From the NCBI GenBank assembly GCA_963693365.1, contig CAVNZM010000003.1:2072768-2136767 (forward strand): 64,000 nt of DNA, written 5' to 3'. The notes beneath the pieces were generated by a model. The model was not told the DNA's origin. It worked only from the letters and a program-made list of their open reading frames with translations, and searched no databases. Within the stretch, counting starts at the first letter, position 1. Each line of letters opens with the position of its first letter. The stretch comes from Amoebidium appalachense (taxonomy: Eukaryota > Protista > Ichthyosporea). Below are positions 1 to 29,476 of this stretch, piece by piece. Position numbers and translations under genes: made by a program.

Positions 1-52
1 CTCCCCCCCCCCCCCCTCTCACGTGCACACGTACACACGCACACACACGCAG

Positions 53-564
53 GGACGGTGAAGATAGCAGACTTTGGGATCAGTGTACTCCTCAAGGGGG
101 ATGAAAAAATCACAGATGAGATCGAGAGGGGCAGTGAGGCATACATGGCTCCAGAAGTCAAAAAGTCCCTGCCCTACTGGGAACCCGTACGTGAAAATAT
201 GCTTCCCCCCTCCCTCCCCCCCCCCCCCCCCACGCACACACACCGTCACCTTGTCTCTCTCTGTCTTTCATCCGTATGTTATAATATTCCCCTCCCCCCA
301 TCCACCCACCCACCCTCTCTTTCTCGTCCTCTTCGTGTGTCCCTCTGTCCCACTTTCCCACTCCTCCAACCCCCCTCTGCCCTCCCCCCCCCCCCCCCCC
401 CCCTCTCTCTCTCTCTCTCATACACTCCTTCTCGATTTCTCTCTTCTTCACTCCCTCCTCCACACACACACACTCTTGCTCTCTTGCTCTCTTCTGTCCA
501 CTGTCCAAGCCCCATAACCCCCCCCCCCCCCAACCCAACCCAACCCCACCTATCCACCGCTCTA

Positions 565-635
<71 letters not shown>

Positions 636-1017
636 CTCCCTCTCTCTCGATCTATGTGTATGGGTGGGTCAGACTATATCTGTGCCATCTTCTGCTTGTT
701 GGTGGGTTGATAGCTTGATCGGTAGGTGTGGGCGTAGGTAGATAGCCCCCCCTCCCCCCCCCCCCCACCCCCTCCCCCCCCCCCCCCCCCCCCCCCACCA
801 CCACCACCACGACGACGACCAAAAAAAAGGGGGTGGAGGGGGGGGGGGGGGGGGGGATAAAGAAAAGAAAGATAAAATGGTTGAACAAAAAAAGGAAATT
901 GCATGACCTGGATAGGTCTGTACTCTCTGCTCCTTCTTTTTTTTCTTCTTTTTTTTCTTTTTCCCCCTCCCCCTCAATGTTGTGGGTCGAGGAAAAGCCT
1001 GTATGCAAGGTCTCACA

Positions 1018-1071
<54 letters not shown>

Positions 1072-1175
1072 CGGACATGTACTCCTTGGGTGCGTCCATC
1101 TACGAGATGATCACCGGCCATCTGCCCACTGGCCGTGCAAAACCTACTTTCTGGGGTGTGCACTCCCCCTTCCCG

Positions 1176-1216
<41 letters not shown>

Positions 1217-1228
1217 AATACACACATT

Positions 1229-1259
<31 letters not shown>

Positions 1260-1498
1260 GCGCGCATCCCTCTCCCTTTCAACTCGGTGTCATCTTCCTT
1301 CTCTCGGCACATTTACACACACATTCACACACGCGCGCACACAAACACAAGCACATACACACCCCGGCACAACACCAACACACAGAACCCGTTCATCCTC
1401 CCCATGAACCTCAGCGCTGTTTCGGCGAGACGCTGGTGCGGGATCAGTCACGCATCTAAATACCACACGGCCACCACCACCACACTATCCCCCCCCCC

Positions 1499-1548
<50 letters not shown>

Positions 1549-1890
1549 ACCCCAGCCCACCCCCCTCCCCACACACACACCTTCTTCCACTTCCACTTCC
1601 CTTTTTATTTTACAACCTGCCGGCTATTTTCATAAATGTTGTTAGACTTTCATAAGAATGGAGGTGTCATGGGGCATGACTGGTGAAAGTACCACAACCG
1701 TTTTATGGTTGTGACTTCACAAATTGGGTGCATACGTGTGCTTCCTTTTCATGCTTCTAATTGCGTGATGTGTGCAAGTATTCGGAGGAGGGGGCGGGGT
1801 AATGGGAGGGAAGGATGCTCGGGGTTCATGGTTGGAGTGTTTGCCTACATTCAGTGCAGTTAGCGGAAGCGTGGGTGTGGATAGGGGGAA

Positions 1891-1929
<39 letters not shown>

Positions 1930-2640
1930 ATTGCTCGCCCTCGACTCTAATTGCTTGAATGCATGTGCATGTGCTTTTATGTGTGTGTGATGAAGTGGTT
2001 GGATGGTTTGCACTGCTTGTGTGTTCTTGACTGTGTGTGCTCTTGGGTTCATGTGTGTTGGTGCCCTTTGTGCCCACGTTTTTGCGGTTGTGTGTGCATG
2101 TGTGTCTGTCTCTGTGTGTGTGTGTGTGTGTGTGCGCACGCACGTGTGCATGCCTGTGTATGGGTTTGCATGTGGGTGTGTGCGTGCCTGTGTGTTCGTG
2201 TGCGTGTGTGCACCTGTATATTGATTTGCACGTGTGTGTGTGTATGTGTGTGTGTGTGTGTGCTTGAGTGTACATGTATGAGTTTAAGTGTGTGCACTCA
2301 CATGCTTTCACCCCCAAGGCAAGGTCGAGGGTCTGCTCTCACAGGCATGCAGTGGTGAGGGGGAGGCACGGCACGTGCTACTCTTGCTGCAGACCATTAT
2401 GAGGACTGACCCGGATGATAGGCCCACACCAAGGGACTTACTGGAGGTGTGTGTGTGTGCGTGTGCGCACGTGCGTGTGTGTGTGCGTGCAGGCATGTGT
2501 GTGTGTATTCAATTCATGTGTTGCTGGTGTGTCTGCCTCATCTTCTCGTTTTAGTGTTTATGTGCCACATACACCATTCATATTTCCCGCCTATTTTCGT
2601 GTGTAAGCGAGGGTGCACGATTGCGTGGTCAGAGGCGCGG

Positions 2641-2692
<52 letters not shown>

Positions 2693-3151
2693 CGGTTCCA
2701 AGATCTCTAGGAGTAGAGGCTTCATTCATCGCTTTTGTGACTCTGCTCTGCGTCTGGTGTTTTTATTCTCTCCATCTCTGTTCTCGTTTCTCTTTTTCCC
2801 TCCTGCTAACTGTTGCTACCCCCCCAGAGCAAGTTCTTCAAAGACTTTGATCAGACAGAGTCGCAAGAAGCCATGCTAAGGGCATTGGAGAAGGGTAAGT
2901 GTACTTGCCTCCTATCCGCTCACACACGTGCACGTACAGATGTACACGCATGAAATCACGGCACGACAGGCACACTCAGTCTGGAAAAAATATATACATA
3001 TATATATATATATATGCTTCACCCCTCACCCCACGGTTTGCATTCTTGCCTCCGTTAACACGTGCACACACACTTCCTGCAAACATCACACATAACAAAC
3101 ACATTGAATGCCGCATATATACGTACTACCCCCCCCCCCCCCCCACCACCA

Positions 3152-3196
<45 letters not shown>

Positions 3197-4099
3197 AAAA
3201 AATGAGTAAAAATGAATTTAACGACTTGCATCATTCCACTCCTCCAGTATGCCATTCCCCAACCTCACGCCAAGAGGAAGCCCCCCCCCTTCCCGGCTGC
3301 CTCTCTTGATCTTATGGCTTGCATGGGGTCAAATAACAACACACATGTGTTCACATAGTCGTTCCATTTCCTTTACCGGATTTAGCGATTATTTCACCCG
3401 CCCTCTTGATGTGTAATTCTCGCTTAATATGATGTTATTGGGTAGCTGCCGATGTTGTGGTTGGTGTCGGCGTTATTGCTGTCTCGTTGCTGTATTGTTG
3501 TCGTGGTTATTGTTGCATATCTTTACTTTTTTTTTTTTTTTTTTTTTTTTTGTTGTTGTTGTTGTATCTTGAAGGTATGCAGGCATATCTGACTGACACG
3601 TGCACATGCAGGCGAAGAGCTCTACCAATCATACCTGACCTTCCGCGCCGAATGCGAAAAGAAGGGAGCGGAAAACTTTATCGAAATAAGCTCATCATCA
3701 GCTGAGGAAGAGAGCGAATCATCATTCTACGAAGAAGAAGAAGAAGAGGAAGAAGAAGAAAAGGAAGAAAGTGAAGGGGAGGAAGAAGAGGAAGAAGAAA
3801 GTGAAATAGAAGAGAGTGAAGTTGAAGAAACACCAGAGAAAAAGGTGAAAGCTCCGGTGAAAAAACAAGCAGATGCGAAGGGAAGGGGAAAAACGAAAGA
3901 AGAGAAAGAGAGCGACGAATCGGAATATGAGCCGAGTGAGGGGGAGGAGGAAGAGGAGGGGGGGAGTGATTATGAGACGCCAAAGGGGAAAGGGAAGAAA
4001 GGGCAGGTACAGGTGAAGAGGGTGAACTTGAGGGTGGGTGGGAGGAAGGAGAAGGGAGAGAGCGAGGAGAGTGAGGAATATGAGACGGAAGAGGAGTGA
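53..4099 (+). CDS. Ser/Thr protein kinase, 3' part (subdomains VII-XI) with acidic C-terminal tail; 5' exons lie upstream of the window
   Basis: Phase-consistent GT-AG exons: 53-186 (VKIADFG...GSEAYMAPE), 1071-1155 (ADMYSLGASIYEMITG), 2319-2446 (DPDDRPTPRDLLE), 2828-2894 and 3612-4099 (Glu/Ser-rich tail, TGA). DFG, APE, DxxSLG and subdomain XI Arg motifs are present. Confidence 0.9.
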
Positions 4100-4268
4100 A
4101 AGGCCTTTCCCCCCCCCCCCCTTTTTTTTTATTTGTACGTTTGTTTTTTTGTTCTAGCTTGTTTAGGTTATGTTTTGTTCATTGGATTCATAAAGAAATG
4201 TGGAAGGCCAAAAAATATTGGTTTGTAGACTTTTAAGGTATGCGTCATAAGCTAAAAGCCTGGGCCCG

Positions 4269-4305
<37 letters not shown>

Positions 4306-4427
4306 ACCTCCTTGTCCATGTTACTTTTTTTTTCCCCCTGCCCTCGAGTCACATCCTCCAAGTTGGGAAACCTTGTATACTAAGCTTCAGTTGCCTGTGT
4401 TTGTTTGGTTATCTAATTGAAACTTCT

Positions 4428-4721
4428 CTATCTATCATCCCATGAGTATATCAACATGCTTTTATTAAAGCATGTCCAACAGAGATATGAGGGGGGTTCA
4501 CGGTCTATATTTTTGGGGGGGGAGTTACAGGTGTTGCATTTTGAAAATCGCTTGGGAGTGCTGCCCCTCTTGTGTGGGCACTGTGTTTCAAAGCAAAGCC
4601 GCACACTAGAGGAGGGGGGCCGCAGGCGCCCCCGAGAGATATACAACAGAATTGCAGGATATATATGAGCCACCGTGTGAAGCTTTGACGGGGGCTTGGA
4701 GATAATAATGTCTGTCGGTGT
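4428..4721 (-). CDS. Possible terminal exon of a small Cys-rich (zinc-finger-like) protein, or a relic
   Basis: Open frame after a TTTTAG acceptor: TDRHYYLQ...CFETQCPH...CNTC...CWTCF...stop. No in-frame upstream exon found. Confidence 0.3.
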   Translation of the reverse strand, partial: TPTDIIISKPPSKLHTVAHIYPAILLYISRGRLRPPSSSVRLCFETQCPHKRGSTPKRFSKCNTCNSPPKNIDREPPSYLCWTCFNKSMLIYSWDDR

Positions 4722-4832
4722 CTAAAATTAAAATTTGCATTTTCAGTGCTTGGGGTAAATCCTACGTTAGCTCCCAAGCAATAATAAAAATAAATCATCG
4801 AACCAGATTTGTTTATGCTCCTTCTTTGTATC

Positions 4833-4865
<33 letters not shown>

Positions 4866-5308
4866 CAAGTAATCGATGTTTAGTCGGCTAATTATAATGC
4901 TTTTGACGACCACATCGGCGATTCTTCCTTTATCTGGCGGATGAATATGGTAATTTTTTTTCCTAATGCCTATACAGTAAATGGATATATCGTCCCATAT
5001 GATAGGCAACGCTGATTATTGTATCCGACATGATATATGTACATATTACATCGTATGTTACAATCGGAGTTCTACTTATGCCGGAACACCAACAAGCTTG
5101 CCTGATCAGAGCGGCACCCACCACTTTGGAGTAGGGCCTGCGGGCCCAAGCTGTCTGCCGTGGCCACACATGTGCAGGAATACAATGTGTAGCTACGTGT
5201 ATAGTGCACGCGCACGTGCGTGGACACTGGCATTGTTTAGATTAAATAGGCTAAACCCTTGATTATCTGGACCAGGTGTGCACGTGAGTGACATGTACAT
5301 GTGTAACC

Positions 5309-5358
<50 letters not shown>

Positions 5359-5486
5359 ACACACATGTAGCGCTACGTGTACACGCATGCGCACACTAGT
5401 ACTAGCCTTAGTTTCTGTTTCAGGTGGGATCATCGATATCACTTTATTTGGCCGCTCCCGGTTTCAGGTTCCATACACACACACGT

Positions 5487-5550
<64 letters not shown>

Positions 5551-5767
5551 GCGCGCGCGGTATCATAATGCCCACACACCGTGAGTCAGTACACACACAT
5601 GTGGCAAATACTAAAGGCCACATTTATGTAATTTGTTTTGGCCCGAATATCGAGATCTTGTCCGAATACTCGGGGAGAACTGTGATGCCCTTAAGCTGGT
5701 CTTCTTTTTTATTATTTTTTTTTGAATGCTGCCCTCGAGGCATCACTGCGGCTCCCCCCCCCCCCTC

Positions 5768-5799
<32 letters not shown>

Positions 5800-5806
5800 A
5801 CCCACA

Positions 5807-5837
<31 letters not shown>

Positions 5838-5853
5838 CACACACACACTCACA

Positions 5854-5890
<37 letters not shown>

Positions 5891-5991
5891 GCGCACGCAC
5901 ACACATACAGACACACTGTTCATACACCTTTTTTTATTAACTTTTTGGTACACGTGGTGTGTGGTGTTTTTTTTGTTTTTTTTGTTTGTTT

Positions 5992-6022
<31 letters not shown>

Positions 6023-6088
6023 GGAAGTCATACAACTTTTTATTTTTAGCACCCTTTTGGTGCGTGTTGTGTAAATTCTTTTTTTTTT

Positions 6089-6119
<31 letters not shown>

Positions 6120-7146
6120 CATAGTTGTTACGTTTTCTTTTTTATTCTATTTTTATTTTCAACTGCTGAAAGCACGTACTGTTGTCTAAAATTTGGCCCA
6201 TGTTCATTTTACGGTTTTAAATTTAAAACAGTACTAGTTTTTAATTCTAACATAATTCACGTTAAGCCATGGTTAGGCAGCCATAGGTACTGTATCGATT
6301 TTAGTCGTTAAACACCTTACTGTACATTAACATACACATTTATACACATATATACATGATAGGCTCTACAGCTGCCTCGCTGCAACAAATATTATGCAAC
6401 AAATACTGCTTCCTCAACCTAAGTTGCACGTGTGATCATGAACAACATTTTAAAATTCCAGAATTCCATAACAGGTCACAACATTAAACTTTACATTCAA
6501 GTCCTTCGTTTATGATTCTAAGTATAAATACCAGGAACCGTAGTAATGTGTATCAGTTTGCAGTCTGCAAATAAAAAAATAAAAAACGCCCAGACCCAGT
6601 AACCGTGAAATTTAACGACTATCTCATACATATATCCTACCCAACACGACCGTACAGATAGACTTTCTAGGATAGAAGCGCGTACGGCTGGAGAGGGAAA
6701 ATCCATCGCAAGTTAGAAAAAGTCACTGAGGTAAATATTAGATATAGCCTTCAGCCCAGCCTGCCACAACCACAACTACAATTACCACACTCGTTCCACA
6801 CGGGGCACACACGTTCAACAACACCACCACAACCACAATGATACAATGGTATAAGCAGAATGATGCACACACAGCATATCACAGCCAGCAGCAAAAATGA
6901 TTTCAATTGGTGTCCTTCAGCTCACTCAGCACACCACGCGTATACCAAACCAATCGCCATTTTTATTAGCTTCCCCCCCTCCCCCCCCCCTCCCCCCCCC
7001 CCCCCCCCCCCCTCCCCCCCGGTGGGAAAAAGGAAAGAGCTTGGAAAATAGAAAACGGCAAAAAAAAGAAGATTGCGGAGGGCAAACAAGGCAAGCCAAC
7101 CAAATGCAAATCAAGAGGAAAGCTTGAAGAGTAGTACATGTTATGC

Positions 7147-9456
7147 CTAGTCCTTTCTGCCAAGCTGCCTTTCCAAATTTACCAAAAAATCGTCAGGCCT
7201 CTCCGGCCAGACGGGAAAGTTGATGTCAAGGGGGTCCAAACTCAAATTTTGCTGACGAGCCAGAATAGACTGCTGCCTTACAGCTTGCTCGAGCCTATTT
7301 TCCGGGCTCATCTCGCGGAAATTTCCGGTAGATTCCCTGTATCCACTTTCCGTATTTTCTAACATGTTGGCCCTGGCGGTAGTTTCAGACGCAGAATTCC
7401 CGAAAGTTTGACCATCCTCATTCCAAAAACCGGAAAATACACCGGGCACAGGCGAAAATTTCACACTCGGCGAGCTGGCTGGATCAAAAGAGGGTCTGAT
7501 GCTGATGCTGGTGAGTGATTGTGTACGGTTTGGAAACCCAATAAAAGGATATATTTGCCGGTCTTCAGCGCAAATTGGGGGGCTCCTATATGTATTTTCG
7601 ACTAGATCGCTGCTGGAAAGCCGCCGGAAATCGAAATCAAAAACCCCGGCTGCATCCTCATGTAATGTCGATGTCGTACGCGGGCTCGGAAATGAGCCGC
7701 CTGCTTTACTGTTGTGCAGAGGATACGGTTGTTGGCGTGGAGAATCACGTGCCGAACCAAAACCCCCCCGCAGCCGCGTGGAATTTAAAGGTCGCTGCTG
7801 AAACAGTTGAATTGGACGACCCCCGCCAATACGAAAATTCGATTCCATATCCCCCATTTCGATCGGTAGAGGCACAGCTTGAGAGTCCTGTTGCGGTGGA
7901 GGGAGCGATGCATATGGGGGGGTCTGTTCCTTTGTGCGTGAAATTCCATGCACAGACTCTGGCATTCGAGCCAAATTCGTACCGTCACGCCTATTTCGCC
8001 ACTCCGGGTCCGCGAGAAATGCGAGGTTGGAAAACGATTCACTAGCACCCACCGCGGGATCCGCCAGTGAAATTCGTGTTGTGGGGGTTTTTTGGGCGTT
8101 GGAATTGTTCGTTACCCCATCCGTGTTTGTCGACCCCCAGCTGCCCGCGAAATTTCGTTGTGCCACAGTGGTGGGGGTGTTGTGTTCTTCGTTTTGAGAA
8201 AGGAGTCGTTGCCGGTGCAGCTGAACTTGAAAGAGTAGCTGATGATGCAATTGCAAATTTCGTTGACGTGCCGCCTCCGCATTTTCCCTTGTTTCGGTGG
8301 CGGGGCTCATTGCTGAAAATCCGGTAAAACCCCCGCCCAAATCCTTGTCGTCCGAAGTTGCCATCCACCCGAACTCTGCCGTCGGTCGTGGGTGAATGTC
8401 GAGACTGTGGGCTCGCCTGCGGATTTGAAGGGGTTGATGGGATTGGTTGAGTGCCGTGGTGTCCCAGAAGGAAAAAGACCGACCATTTTTGCCAATTTGC
8501 GGCTGGCAGCCATCATTAAACCCCGCATTCCAATCCTCTCCACCACCCTCGTGCAAATTTGAGGTCGAATATTGGATCCCCCCGTCCACATATTCGCTGC
8601 CGTACGTAAAATCATCAATGTCCATGTTTGGTGACTGGTTCTGAAACTGGCGGTGATTTGGAAGCGAAAATTGTGCCGAGAACCCGGAAAAACCCCCCTC
8701 GCTGTGTGCGCGTCCGGTGCTTAATGGGTTAACATTTCCCGTCGGGCGCAGTGGGTAGGCAGTACCACCGCGGGGTATTTCCGTATGTTCATAAGCTCCC
8801 CATATGTTGCTCTCATGCAAATTGGGGGTTTTTGAACTCGCATATTCATACGTCATCGCGTTTCTATTCTTAGGTGTGGAGAGTAGAGGAATGTGTGCCA
8901 GAGACAGCGCCTGGCCGCGGGTAAACAGAAACGGTTGGTTGCCCAGGCCGATATTTAACGGCCGCTCTACCGCACTCGGTTTGCGTAAAGCAGGGCACAG
9001 CGTTCTCTTATGCACACCCCACTGCGAGTCTAGCTCGGATTGCAATGACATGAAGTCCCGTTCGCACAATGGGTGGAGTGATGCGATCTTGACCGTAGGA
9101 CCGCTGGCATCTTCGAACAGAAATCTGTATTCCGGGTACTCCGTGAAAAGGCTCGCACGGTGCTGGTATATGTGTGCTATTATCGCTATTATATCGCCTC
9201 TTTTTGGCTTCCACAACTCAACCAATCGTCCCATGTGGTCTTTAATCGTGACAGTCATGCGCCCCCAACTAAAGAGGGAATGGACCGCACCATTATCACG
9301 GAGCGCAATGAGCCGTTTGATAACAGCGCTGATGCGAAGCTCCACATGAGGAATAGTTTGAAGGTCGCTATTAAGTGTGCGCTTTGTGTTGCGCGGGAGT
9401 TTCGCAGACATGCTCACAAGTGTGCTTAACGCGATCCATGCATGGGTTACATGCAA
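7147..9456 (-). CDS. Orphan 769-aa protein; N-terminal ~180 aa look globular, remainder S/P/Q/G-rich and probably disordered; true start uncertain
   Basis: 2.3-kb stop-free, microsatellite-free ORF. The frame opens right after a TAG at 9472-9474, which could be a splice acceptor. No family recognised. Confidence 0.65.
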   Translation of the reverse strand: MHVTHAWIALSTLVSMSAKLPRNTKRTLNSDLQTIPHVELRISAVIKRLIALRDNGAVHSLFSWGRMTVTIKDHMGRLVELWKPKRGDIIAIIAHIYQHRASLFTEYPEYRFLFEDASGPTVKIASLHPLCERDFMSLQSELDSQWGVHKRTLCPALRKPSAVERPLNIGLGNQPFLFTRGQALSLAHIPLLSTPKNRNAMTYEYASSKTPNLHESNIWGAYEHTEIPRGGTAYPLRPTGNVNPLSTGRAHSEGGFSGFSAQFSLPNHRQFQNQSPNMDIDDFTYGSEYVDGGIQYSTSNLHEGGGEDWNAGFNDGCQPQIGKNGRSFSFWDTTALNQSHQPLQIRRRAHSLDIHPRPTAEFGWMATSDDKDLGGGFTGFSAMSPATETRENAEAARQRNLQLHHQLLFQVQLHRQRLLSQNEEHNTPTTVAQRNFAGSWGSTNTDGVTNNSNAQKTPTTRISLADPAVGASESFSNLAFLADPEWRNRRDGTNLARMPESVHGISRTKEQTPPYASLPPPQQDSQAVPLPIEMGDMESNFRIGGGRPIQLFQQRPLNSTRLRGGFGSARDSPRQQPYPLHNSKAGGSFPSPRTTSTLHEDAAGVFDFDFRRLSSSDLVENTYRSPPICAEDRQIYPFIGFPNRTQSLTSISIRPSFDPASSPSVKFSPVPGVFSGFWNEDGQTFGNSASETTARANMLENTESGYRESTGNFREMSPENRLEQAVRQQSILARQQNLSLDPLDINFPVWPERPDDFLVNLERQLGRKD

Positions 9457-12400
9457 TGTGTTAAACCGTTTCTACTTCAAGGCATCTATCGGTATCACTA
9501 GAGTCAAGGTTTGGAATCCCATGCCTTTCGAATGCCGATGGTGTCGGTGGTAGGTATGTGTGTGTGCAAAAGAACATATGTGGTGTGAAAAAAGGGTTGT
9601 GCATGCACACGAATGGTGGTGTGTGTGACAATGCTGGTGTGTTTGTGCTGGAGTGGGGTTGACCGGCAGCACACCGTTTGCAAAAACGAACATTGGGAGT
9701 TATTGTAATGATCTCGCATTCGCACTGAGTTTGAGAGCTACGACCCAAAAACGGTGTACCCAAACGATTTTCCCAGGAATGAACAGAAGGGAAAGATACA
9801 TCCTGTTCTAACTGTGGGTTTTTGACATGTCAATGGCCCATAAGGCTTGTTTTTCTGAAGCTACTAGGGCGGCGCGTGCGCTTAAGAAAAGCCCGCAACC
9901 GTCGGATCTACGTCATTCCTCCCCAAACCAAATCTTTCTGAGCTATTTACCCCCCGACCAAATTTCAAAAAAAGGTTTTTTTTATTGAGCAATTCGACCG
10001 ACATAGGGCCAAATAGTTACAACCGCTGGACTGGGCCGGGAATCAGATAAAATCAAATCTAAAACGCTGATTACATCTGCAATTCCTCTTTAAAACAAAT
10101 GAGCCATTTGATTGGATCCGCAATTCCATTTTAAAAAATTAGTTGTGACTATTCGGTATTTGGCCAGATGGTTTTTTGTCATTTTAATCCAAATACAAGG
10201 GACCAGGACTTTTCGACTGTGATTTTATTCCTAATGTTTGACCAGCCTATGTATATATAAAATAAAGTACGATGCTTTAAAAATAGGTATTTTTATAACA
10301 CTAATTGATCCCAGAATAATAACATATAAGTCAATACTGGCAGCAATCTTTTTTCAGAGTTTTTATAATTTTGTTCTTTTACCCCCCAAGAGCTCAAGGA
10401 GGTAGCTTCGCGTGGATCTACGAGATCTGTTTGATTGGTGAATACTTTGTGAGGTGGGTAAAAGAAGAACACAGAGTTCTAGAAATCAACAAAGAAGCCT
10501 TAGACAAACTCCTATCAGCTACACTCGTATACAGCTGATACATACTCAAAATGCAGCGAGTCTCTGCTGTAGCATATCTATATATGATATGTATGGTATA
10601 TGGTAGAGATGTTACAAAAAGACTTTCGACTTATATACCAGGAGTTGTACCTGCGCACGTATGTATACGGCCGGCGGGCCGCCGGATTTGGCATGTGCGC
10701 AGCTGCGCAGCCGCAGGACTCTGGTGCCGGATACTATTCTGTATCGTCTGGCGACCCGTAAGTGAAATATATACATATATCATGACAGCATGGACGGCTA
10801 ACCGTAAATACTTATGCGAAACTGTCTGTATGATATATGGCAATTATATGCCTCTATTTTTTTGTCGCCAATCAACCCGGAAGAGCCGTTGAGCCGGAAG
10901 CAGCCCCCTATTTCACATTTCATATTTATGGAGTAGAAATTGCACCGCCTCTGGTTGATCTAAGATAGACTAATTTAGATTTATTAATTGAGAATCTCAA
11001 TGTGTTTGCTTCGCTCTAGGGAGATCCAGCCAGCCGAACTGGCGAAATGAAGGGTTGAGTGATCGGCGGTCATATACCAAATCCTGCTTATAATGCTTAA
11101 AATCAGTACTTTGAATATAAAAGGGGGTTTGATAATAAACAAAGCGACAAGCATTTCTTGTATAAGTACATGGGGTGTCTGGCGCCTATTTCGTAGCGAA
11201 AACAGGCAAAAACCATAATTTCATCAAAGACGATCGACCTCGAGGCAAGGTGGTAATGGGCTATGCAAGACGGGTTTTGATGATTTTAGCGATGTAGGCG
11301 TTGTCGGAGCACCCCTACTGCTTATATCATTTTTGCGCGCCTTTTTATTTCCTAAAACTTTTTCTTATGGACGAAAACCAACTTTCTAAGTGAAATCGGG
11401 GCCTAACTGCTTTTGAGAGGCTGTCGGTCTGAGATTTTGGCCTGTCACCCCCTAAGCGGCCCTTACCTTAGCCCTTACTTTTGGCGCAACCAATCACAAG
11501 ATTCGAATTGTTCCGGTGAGCCATATAAGGCTAGGCAGAATTTGAAAAAAAACATTTCTAAACCGGTCTGATGCCAGACTGATGGCCACAAATAATACTG
11601 CACCACCACCGTCGAACCGTGACGTACCGGGTACTTGATCATGAATGTCCAAAATGGCAGGGCAAAATGGCACCAAAATTAAAATATACCGATTAGCCTA
11701 AGTTTTATGAAATTTATCTCACATACGTACGCCACAGGTAGCCCCATCATGATCAACCTACCCTTGGCCCCTATCACGGCGTCGCACGTCGACATGTACG
11801 TACATAGTACAAAATGTGCAATCACACAGACGTACGCGTGTACACCGGTGGTGCACATAGACCAGCCTGTGCCCACTACAACCACCAGTTTTGCGGGCAG
11901 CTGTAATTATGGCACAGTAGCAAGGCAGGCAGCGCATGCACCACAGATCAGATTCTATCAAGTTGCAATTGTGGTGTACAGTAACGTTGGGGAATCGTAT
12001 GGGCTTCTGGATCTGCTGAAGCTAGGCACCAGCACGTGCAACCACGCGTGCTCATGCAATTGCAGTTTGGTAAAGGTTGTTCGGGGCTTTCAAGGGAAAA
12101 CGTAGGCACTCGTCCTCCAGCCCTCGGGTCCTGGTCCCACCCGGGCAGCCTTATTATGATTTAGATGATCATGACATGCACACTCTCATGAGGACTACAA
12201 TTATCCTATCTAACTTCTCTCTCTCTCCGGACCCTCCCTTCGAATTCCTCCCTAGCTAGGCCGGGAGTCCCTCCTTCCCTTATATATGCAGGGCTCCATC
12301 CCTCCGTTTCCCTCTCCCTCTCCCCATCCCTCCCTCTCTCCCTCCCTCCCCCTCCCCGGGCCAGTCTCTCTCTCTCCCTCTCCTCCCCACCCGAGGCTCC

Positions 12401-12565
12401 CCGGCCCCTTCTCCCCACCCCCCTCTTCGCTCCATGCTCTCTCTCAGAGGCTCGGCTAGGCTCTCTCTCGACTCTCCCCCCGTCCCCTCCCCCCTCCCCC
12501 TCCCCCTTCAGAGCCTCCTCTTCTCTCTCTCTCTCTTCTCTCTCTCTTTCTCACTCTCTCTCTCG

Positions 12566-12633
<68 letters not shown>

Positions 12634-13129
12634 ATCCGATGCGCGGATTATGGCTGTAAGGCATTGCGTGCTCACGGTTTTTTTTTTCTTTTTTTTTTTC
12701 CCCCTTATTAAAAAGAAAACAGCGCCGTGACCAAATTCGACATCGATTCAAATGGTAAAACAGGCAAGATAAAGGTTGCCACGAACGTCGGGCATCGAGC
12801 TTATATATTATTGCTGAGTGCATGACCTACATGTGAACCAGGCACCCAGTACCACTAAGAGTGCAATAAAACTAAATCAGGACACTATACTCTCAAGTGT
12901 CAGCTCGATCATGAGCTCGAGTTTAGTACTCCGGTAAAAAAGTTAAAACTATTGTTGTGGCCATTCTTTACTAAACTATAGATGTAAAAAGAGGCAGAAA
13001 AGATTGAGAAACGAACATACAACAAGATGCAGCTGTTGCATACTAGTTCGGTGTGTAATTGTAATCAAGCATAAAGATAACCTAAATGCAAGACCGGGGG
13101 TACTTTGTTGGGATAGCAAACTCCCCCCC

Positions 13130-13160
<31 letters not shown>

Positions 13161-13177
13161 AAAAAAAAAAAAAAAGC

Positions 13178-29223
<16,046 letters not shown>

Positions 29224-29423
29224 CTTCCAATGAACCTTCTAGTGTATTATTGTGCAATGAAACTTGCTCTTCCCCACTCTGGTAACTTCGCACACATGTC
29301 GTACCCCCCATTTCCGTGGTTTTTTTATAGCTCGAAAACATGCATCAAACAGCGCCCGACCCGGCCGAGATACGTCCAAATTGGCGCTGGTTCATGTGGT
29401 ATAGGGGGAGCGCCCAGGAGGGC

Positions 29424-29476
29424 TGTGGTTTTCAAGCGGGAGGAGGCAGCGGTGAGAGACGAAGATCCACCGAGTG
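29424..29476 (+). repeat. 53-bp direct repeat, left copy
   Basis: tgtggttttcaagcgggaggaggcagcggtgagagacgaagatccaccgagtg, identical to 33540-33592. Confidence 0.95.
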
